Positions 25,700-37,689 of a stretch of 64,000 bases of DNA are shown piece after piece (the stretch's first letter is position 1; every line of letters starts with the position of its first letter). Origin of the DNA: Lama guanicoe (taxonomy: Eukaryota). Below the pieces are notes generated by a model. The model ran no database searches. It saw nothing but the letters and a program-made list of their open reading frames with translations, and was not told the origin of the DNA. The stretch spans positions 2,170,001-2,234,000 of the forward strand of contig MU053881.1 of NCBI GenBank assembly GCA_013239625.1, in the 5' to 3' direction. The position numbers were made by a program, and so were the translations under genes.

Positions 25700-28600
25700 A
25701 GATCTCTCCAATGGAGGGGGCTGTAGGGTTCGAGGGGGGGCTCCCGGACGCTGCACAAAAAGGTTACCCCCCCATCCTTCCTGGCTCGCTCGGGCGCAGC
25801 GGTCACAATAGGGCTGCACCCTGCGCCCCAGCCGGCGCCGGAGCCTTTGCAGCGGCCGTGTCCAGGCCGCAGGCGAGTCGGCCGAAGCGGGTACACCCGA
25901 AGCTCGCCTTCCTGACTGCAGGCCTGCTCGGTCCACGGCTGCAGGGCCCAGAGGCCGGAACGCGGCAGGGGGAGAAACGGAGGCAGCCGGCGAAGCCAAG
26001 TCAGGACAGCAGCAGCTGCTACAGCTTGACAAACATGGCTGCTGCCGACGCCGCCGCCGCCTGCCCGGGCCGCGCTCCTTCCCGCAGCGGCGGCAGCACC
26101 TCCTGGCCGAACCGATCGCACTTATCAATATTCAGCAGCAAGCAAAGTTTGCTGCAGGAGGGCAGCCGGCCCCGTGCCCCCAGCCGGCTACCTGAGGGGA
26201 GGCGGAGGCCGAGGTGCGCGCGGGAGGCCGGCGGGGCACGGGCCGCGCGGGGAGGAAGTTCGCGGCGGCCCGGCCGGCTAGGCCTGAGCCCGGTTGGTAG
26301 TGATGGAGGGGGAGGGGGCCTGCGGCTGCAACGCCGCCGGCCACCAACCCTGCGCCGCGCCCGGCCCTCTCCCGCGCCCCTCACCTCACGGCCACCACCA
26401 TCTTCCCCGCCCGGCCGCCTCCTCCCTCCAGCTCGCGCCTGCCCGCCGCCCACCCCAGCGCACTAGTTACCGTGCCCCGCGCCCCCTCCCGGGCCGGCTG
26501 GGGGGAGGGGGTGACCCTCATTACACTGGGGCGCGAGCGGGGCGGTGGGGAGTGCGCGGAGCCGCTCGCCGCACCCCCCTCCCCCCGCGTCTCTCTTCAG
26601 GGGAGAAGGCAGCAAGCGCGACCTGCCCCGGCCTATTCCGCCGCCGCCTCCTCCTCCTCACACCCCCACCGCGCGCGCCCCCGCGGCGGCGCGTGCGACC
26701 GAGCGCCTCGCGCCGGCCCGCGTGCGGCTGGGGCCCCGAGTGCGCGCGCACCCCTTCCCCCACGGCGCGCGCTCCGTCGCTTCACTCTTCGGGGTTCAGG
26801 GCGGGTGAAGTCGGGCTTGCGAGCGCGCCGCCCAATCAGTGGAGCCGCCGCTGCCGCCCCCTCCCCTCCCCCTGCGCGCCCGCTCGCGGCCCGGGCCTAC
26901 GGGCCGGCCCGGCTGCCCGGGCGGGGCCTGAGGCGGGCTCCCCAGGGGCCTCGCGCGCCTCCCTGGAGTGTCCGGGCCTGCGGGCGTCGTGGGTGGCACT
27001 CCAATCCCCTCACCTACCTCGGGGCGCTGCGCCAGCCCCGGGCTGCACCCGGTTCCAGCACCCTACGGGTCTCAAGCCCCAGCCCCAGGGGCACCTGGCC
27101 GAGCTGAGGCCTGTCCGACCGCCCCGCCAGCCCCGTTCGGGCCCGCGTCAGTCCCGGCCTCCATCTTAGGTTACAGCCCGGGTTCCCCATCCACTGGGCA
27201 CCTGCACTCAGCCCGCTCGGCTCGGCCCGAGGCCAAGGCAACCCCCCTTCTACCGCGGGGCTCACCTGGGGGCTTGGGCTGGGGTCTTCGAAGCCTCAGG
27301 CCCCGAGCAGGCGCGGTCGCAGGTGAACCCCCTGCCCGGCCGCACCCCAAGCCCACACCACCACCACCACCACAGACCAAGCTGAGCAGGAAACAAAATG
27401 GAGGCAGCAGCTCGGGTCTGCCTCCCCGAGCCAAGCCTGTGCAGCCCCAGGGCTCCCTCCAGCCGCAGGCCCGACGCCCGCGAGGCAGGGGGCTGGCTCG
27501 TCCCGGGCACCAAAGGCAGCAGCCCTAGAGCAGCGCAGACAGGCCGGGGACTCGGCCCTGCGGTCCCCACAGCCCCTCACCCACCACCCCTTCCCTTCCC
27601 CCTCCCCCGCATCCCTCCCCCTCCCCCTGCCCGGCTGTGCGGGGTGAGCGGCTCCCGGGAGCCGGGTCGGGTCGGGTTACCCGCCTGGGCACTGCCCGCC
27701 CGGCCGTGGCCTCGGCAGGGGGATGAGGCCCGGCGACCCCCGCGCTGAGCCCACCCCCCCACACCCGAGCCGGGCAGCAGCAGCCTGACAGCGCGCCCGC
27801 ACCTCGGCCTGCTGCCGTGCGGCCCCCGCCCAGTGAGGCCGAGTCCCCGGCCCGGGCACCGCCGGGACGAAGCTCCCTCACCACCACCCCCGGGCCCAGG
27901 GGTCCTCGCTGCCTCGGGCGGGGCGAGGGGAGCGCTGGGGGAGGGGTCCACTAATCCCTGCACCGCCTCCCGCGCCTAGTCCGGGTCTGGGCCTGGCACC
28001 GGGACTCCGGCCCGGGGCACGGGCGGGCGTCGGTAGGTGCGTGCGCGCCAAGCAGGGGACGCGGGCTGGGGGCCCGGAGGGGCCGCGCCTCGCACCGTGG
28101 ACGCTGCAGTTCTCTGCACCCAGGCAGATGGCCCTCTCGTGCCACCTCCGCCCGGCGCAGGCCTCCTGCTCCGCAGTCCTGCTCCCGGGGGAGCGCGCGC
28201 CTCGCCCCTGCGGGCCAGGCATCGGGACCCCGGCGGAACAGCTCTGGGAGGGCGGACCGCGGGGCTGGCCCCGCCAAGCCTGCTGGCCTCATCCCTAGCC
28301 TGGGACGCTCTGCTCTCAGGCGCCTGGCACCTCGAGGCCTGCACCCAGCGCCCGGGGCCCCACAGGACCGGCCTTAGAACGGCTGCAGCGTGTCCAATCA
28401 CCAAAGACAGGGCAAGGGCACGTGGGAACCCGAACCCAGCCTGACCCGCGACTCTAGCCCCCCAGGCCCTTCCCCCAACCCGATCCAACCCCATCGCCCC
28501 TGGGCTTGCTCCCCGACAAATAGCTCACCTCGGGACCTATCTGGTCCCTAGCGCGCTAAGCGCATCCTCGCTATTCAGAGAAAACCACAATCGACCGCCA

Positions 28601-28700
28601 TAAAAATTCCGCCTCCTCCAGAAAGCCTTCAGTGATTAGAGCTCACTCCATCTCAAAGCTGAGGGCGCCGCCCTCGAGAGCCACGTGACTACCATTCCTC
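25700..28700. promoter_or_regulatory. NSD1 promoter CpG island
   Basis: Very GC- and CpG-rich stretch spanning exon 1, with GC boxes, CCAAT boxes (~26832, ~28394) and a CACGTG E-box (~28419). Confidence 0.92.
26471..26600 (-). other. NSD1: NSD1 non-coding exon 1 (5' boundary approximate)
   Basis: Minus strand GACGCGGGGGGAGGGGGGTGCGGCGAGCGG...CCCCAGTGTAATGAGGGTCACCCCC...GGGGCACG|GTAACT resembles the human NSD1 mRNA 5' end as recalled; donor GT at 26470-26469. Confidence 0.8.
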
Positions 28701-31700
28701 CCAGGGCTTAGTAAATGTGCATAATTATTGCCCCAGTGGAGAATTTACCCGCTGCCCTTCTATCAGTTAACCATAAGCCCACCTGGAAGAAAGGCCACTT
28801 TCGGCGTTGCCCCGCGCGGTATTGGCTTTGGCGTGAGGCTCTCTAAACTCCCTCCTTCAGCCTTCCCCAACCTCGGGATGAAGACCCCGAAACTAGCCCC
28901 GGCAGGCTTGGAGCTCAGGATGCCTCCTGCTCTCCAAGGCCCACAGACCAAAGAGACAAGCCAAGGAGATGCACAAGAAAACAGGACCTTACCACATCTA
29001 AGTGCTGAGATGCACGCTCTACCAAGACAGCAAGCAGGCTTTCTCGGAGGGGAGGTGCCCCCTGGAAGCAGAGTGAGGAGGTGGGCACAGACCCCAGAGA
29101 GCCTCCTGTTGAAGAGAATGTGGTACCCCGAACTGTTCCCAGGGGCAAAATCAGGTTGGCAGTGTTCTGTGTGCTAGGACCAGCCAGAGAAGAGCCGGGT
29201 CTACACCCCAGGGTCCCGCCCTAAAGGGACCCGCCCTTTGTTCTGCTAAGGAGTGACTCCTGCTAATCCCTTCTAGGCAGTTCAGTGGGGGAGCTCTGAC
29301 TGGTTCCTTCTTCACACCTAATAGTTTGAGCGAATGTTTTCTGACTGAAAATTACCCCCTGCCCATTGCCCCACGTCATCCAGGTTACTCTCAACCTTTT
29401 ACTTTCCCAGGACCATTATGAGGGCTGCCACTGCATGACCTTGATCCAATCGTTTAACAGCCCCAAACCTCAGTTTCCTCACCTGTGATTTCCACTGCAC
29501 AGGGGACTGCGAGGATCCTGCAAGGAAAAGGTAAGTGTTAGGGGCCTGTACAGACAAAGCACTTGATGAACGCTGAAATGCATTTCTTTGCTTCCTTCAG
29601 CAACCATTTCCTGCATTCCAGGCAGTATTGCTGGGTGATGGGGAAACAAAGGATGAGATGCCTGCCTTAGGAAGCCCTAGGCCTCAAGAAAAGACTATTT
29701 CATAAAGATGAAGTGGGGCAGGGACAATGGGTCCTCCCAGAGCTGACCTCTGGACATCACTGTCCTGCAGCAAGCCCTCTCTCCAACCTACCAGGCCCTG
29801 TGCAATAGGAGAAGGGGCTAACGGGGGACAGGCTGCTGGAAATGAACAGCTTACTGACAGGTCTGGGGGAGAAGAAAGGAATTCCAGGGAAAACCTCTTG
29901 GACTTTCCTGAAGTGACCTCAGGGGTCCCTTCCTGCCTCTTAGAGTAGAATTTGGCTGCAGAGATCTCGTTCACAGCAGCCCTCTCTGGAGCCTCCCCAT
30001 CCATCAGGCCCTGGCCAAGCACCTCTTGTGTGTTGTAATAGCAGTGGGCTGCGGGGGCCATGTTCTCACAAGGACACTGGCTCCTGAAGGCGGGAAGAAG
30101 GGAGAGGGCTGTGGCCTGCCCTCCTTGTCTGGACCTGTGCCTCCCATCCTTAAGACAGAACCGATAAATATGTGCCAAGTCTCTGCTGTGTACCAGGCAC
30201 CATGCTGGGCACTTGACCTGCGTTAATTCTTTTAACCCTTGAGCGGTCCTGTGAAGAATGAGGTCCAAAAGATTCAGCCCTTCCGAAAGGTCTCAAAGCC
30301 CTGTCACCCGGTGTGATCAGTTTCACACCCTCTGCTCTTAGCCTGCAGCACACCTTCCATTTACTTCCAGACACTATGAGAAGGCCCAGCACACATCTTG
30401 CCCACAGATGCTCAGGAATTTGAGTGTTAGGCAAAGTGAGATTACCTTAGCTTCAGTTTCCTCATCTGTAAATCACCCTTACTGATGGCTCCTACCCTGC
30501 TGAGAGATACCTGGGGAGACATTTGGCCAGTGTACAGTGACTCTTTTTTTCTTGAAACTGCCCTGTCTCTCATTTATTAACTCAGCAGACATTTACTGAG
30601 CACCCCCTCAGAACCTTGTGGGAAACACAGAGAAGTAGTAACAAAGTCGAGGGCTGAGCACAGAGAGAGAAACCAGAGGTGCTGGGGGAGCTGGGGAGGC
30701 CTCAGAGACAGTCAGGGAAGGCCTTCCATGGAAGTGACATCCAGGAGTCCAGAAGGGTACACAGGAATAGCCTATAGAGGAGGCAGAGGTTCCAGCGGAA
30801 GAGCTCAGGGAAATATTGGGCTTTGGAAGAACTGACCAGTGTGGCCAGAGGCTAGTGCGTGGTGGGAGTGGTGGAGGTGATGGGCGCAGTAAGAGACCTC
30901 AGATGAAGATGGAAGATGGGGAAAGCCACAGAGGCCTGGTGGTGCAGGGCCTTGCTGGCCAAGTTAAAGAATTTAGGCTTTATCTGGAGGGCAGCAAGGA
31001 GCCATGTAAGGTTAAGGAGCAGGTTAAGAATCCCATCTGTGCAGTAGAAAGCTCACTCTGCCAGTAGTGTCCAGAAGAGATTGTTACCTCCTCTGGAAAC
31101 ACAAGGGCCTTGCCTTGGGACATGCTAGGACTGTCTTGTTCCAGTAAGAGTGGTGGCTTCTCCTCTTCTGTCCCAGCTACTCTGCATGACACCCTCTCAT
31201 TTAATAGTGCCCTCTCATGGGCACTATTGATATCCACATCTTCCAGACAGGAAATGTGACCTGCTCAGAGCCAAACTCCCAGCCCCAACACCCAGTTCAT
31301 GCTCTTCATCCTCACTGGACAGGAGCAGTACCTGCTTTCTGATGAAACAGCCAGGTTTGGGGGGCGGTACGGAGGCCTTTGGCCATCAGTCCTAAACGCT
31401 GCTGGCGAACACCCCAGCCATCCCTTGTGATGGATCCAGGAGTTATTTCCTTCCTTTCCCACGCACTGGTTCCCCAGAACTGGATCAGGCTTCCACTTAA
31501 GATCAACGAAGTTTTGGCCATATCTGAAGCCATACAGCTCTCCAGCAATTTCCTTCCTGCACATAATACCAGGTTTCTGCAGCTAACCTGGCCCTGAAGC
31601 CCCAGCCCCAAGGACTCAAGCTTTGCCTTCAAGTGTTCTTTCTCTCAATTATTGTCTTTTGAAATCCCCGTGTATAGGGGCCACCAGTCCCTGCCCTTCT

Positions 31701-33042
31701 GCCCTCATCACGTCCCCGGCTTCCCAGTGTCCTCACTGTGCCAGGACAGGCCACATTCCATCCAGCTGTGCTCATGCTAGCCCCTATGTCTTTCTCCCTA
31801 ACTGTCATGCAAACTCCTACTCATCCTTCAGACCCAGTTTAGAAGATCCCTCCTCCTCCCAAGTCTTCCCTGATCCCATCCCTGCAGGCATTTTTTCCCT
31901 GAATGAGCTCCTGCAGTAACTATGGACCTTCCAGATCTGGTCCCAGCCAGTTGGTGAGCCCCTTACAACAAGACACAGGGCATTTACTTCTCTGACCTCC
32001 AGTGACAAGCCCAGGACTGTGAGGCTTGGAGTAAGTGCTGGGGAAACACTTCCTGATGCCTGATCTACCCCCTCGACTCATCTCCAAGTCTCTGTCTCCA
32101 ACAGACAAAAGAATTATGGCTTCATATGGTCCAAATGGGTTGCATAAAACTCAAACCCTCCCTAAAAGGATTCAGGGATGTTTGGGGAACACACAGGCCT
32201 CTGTCCCAGACAACACTTTCAGAAAGTTTAAGAGAGCCTATAGGATCTACAGTCAGATAGACATGGGTTCAGATTGTAGCCAGGACCACTTACCAGCAAG
32301 TCCCTTCCCCTGCCTGAAATTCACAAATGGGGTGGTTGTGTAGATTAAGTATGTGAATGTAGGCCTGGCCTGGCGCTAGGCCCCACACGAAGCAGTGCTC
32401 AGTAGATACCGCCTTTAGGATGTCACTAGCCTCCCCAACCCAACAGGTCAGCCTTCCCTCCCCAAACCCCAACCTCTCCTTCTCTGAGCGCTTGGTTTTT
32501 CAGATGCACCCTTAGCCTCCAGACAGTCACTTCTGAACGCATTGATTCCCAGGGGGAGGAGGGGGAAGTGGAAGACTGCTGGGCTCCAGGAGGGATGCAG
32601 TTAGAGGAAGGGGGAGCTCTGCAGCCTGTGGTCAGGAAAGTGGCTGTACCTTCTGCCTGCCTAAGGGTCACCCTTTACACCCGCCCATTGTCTCCCTGCA
32701 AAAATGAACATTATCCTGTTTTACAGATGAAAACAGAGGCTGAGAAAGAAGCAGTGGCTTGTAAAAGGTCCTGCTCTGGCAAGTGGTAGAATGGCTCAGA
32801 GTTTATACCCAGTAATTGCTCAATAAATACTAAAGGAGGTCAGGTAGATAAAGGCAGAGATGAGACACTGGGGTAAGAGTTTAGTAAAGTGGATGGTCTT
32901 CCAAATTTTTTGATCAAGTACCCCTTTAAAGAAATTCAAGAGAATATATATATGTATAACCTACTCACATTTGAAAAATTGGCACCTAATTTTAAGTCGT
33001 ATATTATAAGTAATAGAATTTTTGGTGTACTATATATGTACT

Positions 33043-33135
33043 TTTTTTTTTTTAATGGAGGTAGTGGGAATTGAACCCAGGACCTGGCACATGCTAAGCA
33101 TATGCCCTACCACTGACCTATATCCACCACACCCT
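33043..33135 (-). mobile_element. Vic-1-like SINE
   Basis: T-tract followed by aatggaggtagtgggaattgaacccaggacc. Confidence 0.78.
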
Positions 33136-33291
33136 ATATGTTGCTTTAAATATAACTTAATCAAAACCTTGGGGCTGTGGCTTCAGCTCTATCAACTTAT
33201 AGAAAACGTCTTTCCTGTGTCTAAAATTGCAAAACCAGGCCCCATCATCAAATCCCTAAGCCAACTCAGACAGATTTTTTTTTTAAATATA

Positions 33292-33397
33292 AGAATATGG
33301 AACACTTTACGAAAGTGTGTATCATCCTTGCACAGAGGCCATGTTAATCTTCTCTGGAGTGTTCCAATTTTAGTATGTGTGCTGCTGAAGTGAGCAC
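33292..33397 (-). pseudogene. RNU6: Full-length U6 snRNA retropseudogene
   Basis: Minus strand GTGCTCACTTCAGCAGCACACATACTAAAATTGGAACACTCCAGAGAAGATTAACATGGCCTCTGTGCAAGGATGATACAC...GTTCCATATT is U6 with CpG decay. A-tail present; TSD TCAGAC(A/T)GATTTT at 33266-33278 and 33398-33410. Confidence 0.93.
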
Positions 33398-34144
33398 TCA
33401 GACTGATTTTCAATTGCAAAAGATTTGATTCCATTTCTCAATTAAAACCAGCACGTTCACGTGCGTCCCCATGACAACCGTCCCCCTGCTGGGTTCTGAT
33501 TCTAGGACTGACAGACAAGGCCAAAGCCTTGCCCTGAGTTTACTGGGTGAAGCAAGTCTTTCGGAAGTGCTAAGGGCTCTCCAGCACCCACTCTCCAGAG
33601 GTGCCCTGCCCAGGGAGATTCATCTGGGTAAGATGTGGCTTTTCTCTTCCGTGGGAAGCCATCTGACAGGAGAACTGGAGAGAAGTGTTTTTCTCAGGCA
33701 GATCAAGGATTTCAGAGGGAAGTTAAAGGTCTGGGAATTTGTACCCTTCACTCCAACCATGCTCAGATTAATCTGGAAAATCTTCACATCCCCCAGGGTG
33801 AAGACCTGGGGTAAAAACCATGATTGGAAAACATGTGGCTGTGTAGAACAGGAGGCAGGCCTGTTGGAGAGGGCTAAGGAGGGAGGGCTTTTTCTAAAGA
33901 CAGAAGAGACTCCATCTTGTGTAAACCATTCCACCTCAGGGCCTGTGTTCCTATGTCTGGAAGACTCTGCTCCCAGCTCTGCCGGGATTCTTTCCATCTA
34001 CCAGCTAGAATCCCTCTTCAGACAGGCCCACCTGGCTCCTCCCTCACCTTGAGGACCCCTCATTGACCCCAGGGCACACTATCACATCTCCCTGCTTAAG
34101 TAACTTACAGCAATGACCGTCCTCTGAAATTGTCTGATTTTTCC

Positions 34145-35690
34145 TACTTATTTTCTTTTTATTGAGATATAACTCATATACCATAAAATTCACCCTTCTA
34201 AAATGTACAATCCAGTGGTTTTTAATACACTTACAAAGTTGTGCAGCCATCACCACTGTCTAATTCCAGAGCATTTCATCACCTAAAGAGAAGCCTTGAG
34301 CCCATTAGCAGTCACTCCCCTTACCCTCCCTCCCTCCCTCTAGGCCCTGCCAACCACTCATTACTCTCTGTCTCTATGGATTTGCCTGTTTTGGACATGT
34401 CATATAAACAGAATCATACAATATGTGCTCTTTTATGTCTGGTTTCTTTCACTGAGCATAAATTTTTCTGGGTTTATCCATGTAGCATGTATCAGTACCA
34501 CATCCCTCTTTATGGCTAAATAATATTCCATTCTGTAGAGATGCCACATTTTGTTTATCATTTGGTATTTTGTGTATCAGTGATGTTTTCATTTTGGGGC
34601 CAATGTTGCTATGAACATTTGTGTACAAATTTTTGTGTGGACATCTATATTCTTTTATTTTGGGTATATATTTAGTGGAATTGTGGAATTGCTGAGTCAT
34701 TTTTTGAAAAACTTTTTGAAGAATGTTACCAAATTGGCTGTACCATTTTACCTATCCATCAGCAATGTATGAGGGTTCCGATTTCGCCACATCTTTACCA
34801 ACACTTGTTATTATCTGCCTTTTTGAGTATAGTCATCTTAGTGGGTATAGAATGGTAGCTCATGGTGGTTTTAACATGCCTTTCCCTAACAACTAGTGAT
34901 GTTGAGCACATTTCCTTGTGTTTACTCGCCATTTGTATATCTTCTTTCAAGAAATGTCTATCCGAGGGGGAGGGTGTAGTGGTAGAGTGTTTGCTTAGCA
35001 TGCACGAGGTCCTAGGTTCAAACTCCAGTACCTCCAGTAAAAAATATATTAAAAAATATATAAATAAACCTAATTACTCCCCCCTAATAAGTCTATCCAG
35101 ATTCTTTGCATATGTTTTAAATTGGGTAATTTGTCTTTTTTGTTGTTGAGTTGTAAGGGTTCTTTATGTATTCTGGACACAAGTCCTTTGTGGATATGAG
35201 ATTTACATATTTTTTTCCCATTCTGTGGGTAGTGTTTTCATTTGACAGTATCCTTTGGAAACAAAGCTTTTAATTTTGATGAAGCCCAATTTAATCTATT
35301 TTTTCTTTTGTTGCTGTGCTTTTGGTTATCTAAGAAACCACTGCTTAATCCTGGGTCATTAAAATGCACCCCTATGTTTCCTCCTAAGACTTTAACAGTT
35401 TTAGCCCTTACATTTAGGACTCTGATCCATTTTGAGTTAATTTACTGTAGCGTGAGACATCCAACTTCATTCTTTTGCATGTGGGTATCCAGTTGTCCCG
35501 ACATCATTTTTTGAGACTGTCTTTCCCCATTGAATAATGATCTTGGCACCCTTGTCAAAAAATCAATTGACAAAAGAAGCATAGATTCATTTTTGAAATG
35601 TCAATCTATTCCACTGATCTGTTCCATTGATCTCAGTCTATTCCGTTGATCCATTGATCTGTCTTTATGCCTGTACTACACAGTCTTAAT
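34145..35690 (-). mobile_element. L1 3' region (antisense) containing a Vic-1-like SINE at about 34965-35090 (+)
   Basis: attgagatataactcatataccataaaattcacc...gatgttgagcacattt; SINE head gggggagggtgtagtggtagag. Confidence 0.82.
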
Positions 35691-37689
35691 TGCCTGATTT
35701 TTTTTAGTCCACACCCCCATCTTTCTAGAATGGAAGTTCAGACTTGTTCACTGCTGTGTTCCCAATGCCTAGAACAAGGCCTGGTGCAGAGAAGATGCTT
35801 GATAAATATTTGTGGGTTTGAATGAATAAATCCTCGAATGAGTGCAATGCTTTTGGGAAGAAGGCAATTGAGAGGGAAAGCTGAAGGTACAGTAATGAGA
35901 GGTCACTGAGGTCAAGGAGGTACAGGGTGTATGAAAGGGGTCATGGGTTGGGGGATGGGCCACAGAGCAGAGGAGAAAACCCCTTATCCTCTGAGACATG
36001 TAGGGAAAGGCAAGGAGAGGCCTGGCCTCAGCCATGTTTCAAGTGGGAAGGGAAGGAAGTTGAGAGAGGTCCCACCCAGTATCTCTGTTTTCTCCAGAGA
36101 TAGGAAGTGAGAGGGAAGGGAGGGGCTTCAGGCTCAAGGAAGCTGAGGACAGCTGAGTGACCTTAGGGCCCATGTCCAAGGTTGGACCTAACCAGTGGGC
36201 ACCCTCCACTCATGACTGGATCCCCTCTAGGGTTCTGGGGCAAAAAGGTTACCAGATGAAAGGTCAGGGGGTGAAGGGCTAGAGAGGGTGCATGTGAAGC
36301 CGTGGCCTTGGAGCCCAGGCTGACAGAGACAGGAGAGAAGCCATAGCACAGGGCCCTGGACCACAGGCAACATTTCCTAAACCCTAAGAGCCAACCATGG
36401 CTGGACACACGCAGGACAGTGTGGAGTACTGAGGGAGGTCAGGCGGTGCTCCCTCCTGTGGGTGACTTCTCGAGGCTAAAAGTACCTGAGGCAGGTCACT
36501 GGGCCAGTGTGGTTGGAGTGGGGGCAAAGGCAAGCCATGAGGCCAGTTTAGGGGTGCAAGTGAGGCCCAGCTAAATGCACCTTGATGCCTGCCCACCTCA
36601 GTGAGCTTGGCTGTTCTCTGGACTTGCTGTCTACACATTGTTGTCGGCAGATTTGCAATATTCTTGAGTCTTCAGAAGGTCTTGGAATGTACTCTTTTTT
36701 TTTTCTCTCTTAATTCCTTATTTTTTAATTTTAGACTTATGTAAAGAGCCCTTTTAGATCTACTTACTCATAGTTTTCAAAATATCATATATCATTTTTG
36801 TGTACTCATAAAACAAAAAATAGAAATGCAATAAAATGATTAAGATATTCTTAAAACTTCTTTACATTTGAATGTAGACTACTGAGTCACTTTTTGGTTC
36901 ACAATTGTGGATGTCCATGTTAATTTGCTCAGTATTGTTCTCCGAGCCGAGCCATCAAGTTCATTTGCGATGGGGCCTTTCTTAACAGTGCTCTGCTATT
37001 GTCCCCCGGATTATACTTCAAACCACTGACACCCATTCTTTAATGTGGATACCTTCTTATTTGATGAAGCTCATATTTTTTTTCAACAGAATGTTGAATA
37101 GGATTTTTTTTTTTCAAATAGGAAGTTCTTCAAACATTCTTTTAAGAATTTGACTTTTCTGGTTTTTAACAGTATCTCAGATTGAACTCATAGCTTTCTA
37201 TTTTTTTTTCCCCTCAAGGCTCAGTTCTTGGAAGATATTCTTGAAGAATATAAAGGGCATGAATGTAATATTAGATACTAAGTCATTGTTATAAGGGGTT
37301 GAATTTAAATTCTGTAAGTCAAAATTGAAGGGGTGTTATTAAGTGTGCTTTTATTTTGCATGAAAATAAAAAGAATTATACATAAAAAATATTTTTAAAG
37401 AAAGAGGAAATATTAAGAGACCAATGATTGAAAGTTGGTGACAGGGAGAGAGGAGAATTTTAAGAAGACATTAGGAGCAGACTGTGAAGTACTCTGAGTC
37501 ACTGGTATTTAATTCTGCTGTCATGGGGAGTGCCACAGTCAGATACAACATTGAAAAAGATGACCCTGGAACTATGTGGAGGGAGAAAGTGGAGGCAGGG
37601 AGACCCGGGAAGGTGCTGAGACCACGAAGCAGGAGGAAGCTGTGACCTGGACCAGAGCAGTGGCAGGGAAATGGGGATAAAGAATGGAC

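Noticed and set aside
25432..26466. 344-aa + strand ORF antisense to NSD1 intron 1, and other long ORFs at 25.4-28.5 kb
   Set aside because: Stop-poor CpG-island sequence; Pro/Arg/Ala/Gly-rich, open in many frames at once, no recognisable domain.
37040..37075. Translation TFLFDEAH resembling a DEAH helicase motif II
   Set aside because: Flanked by nearby stops, with no other helicase motifs.
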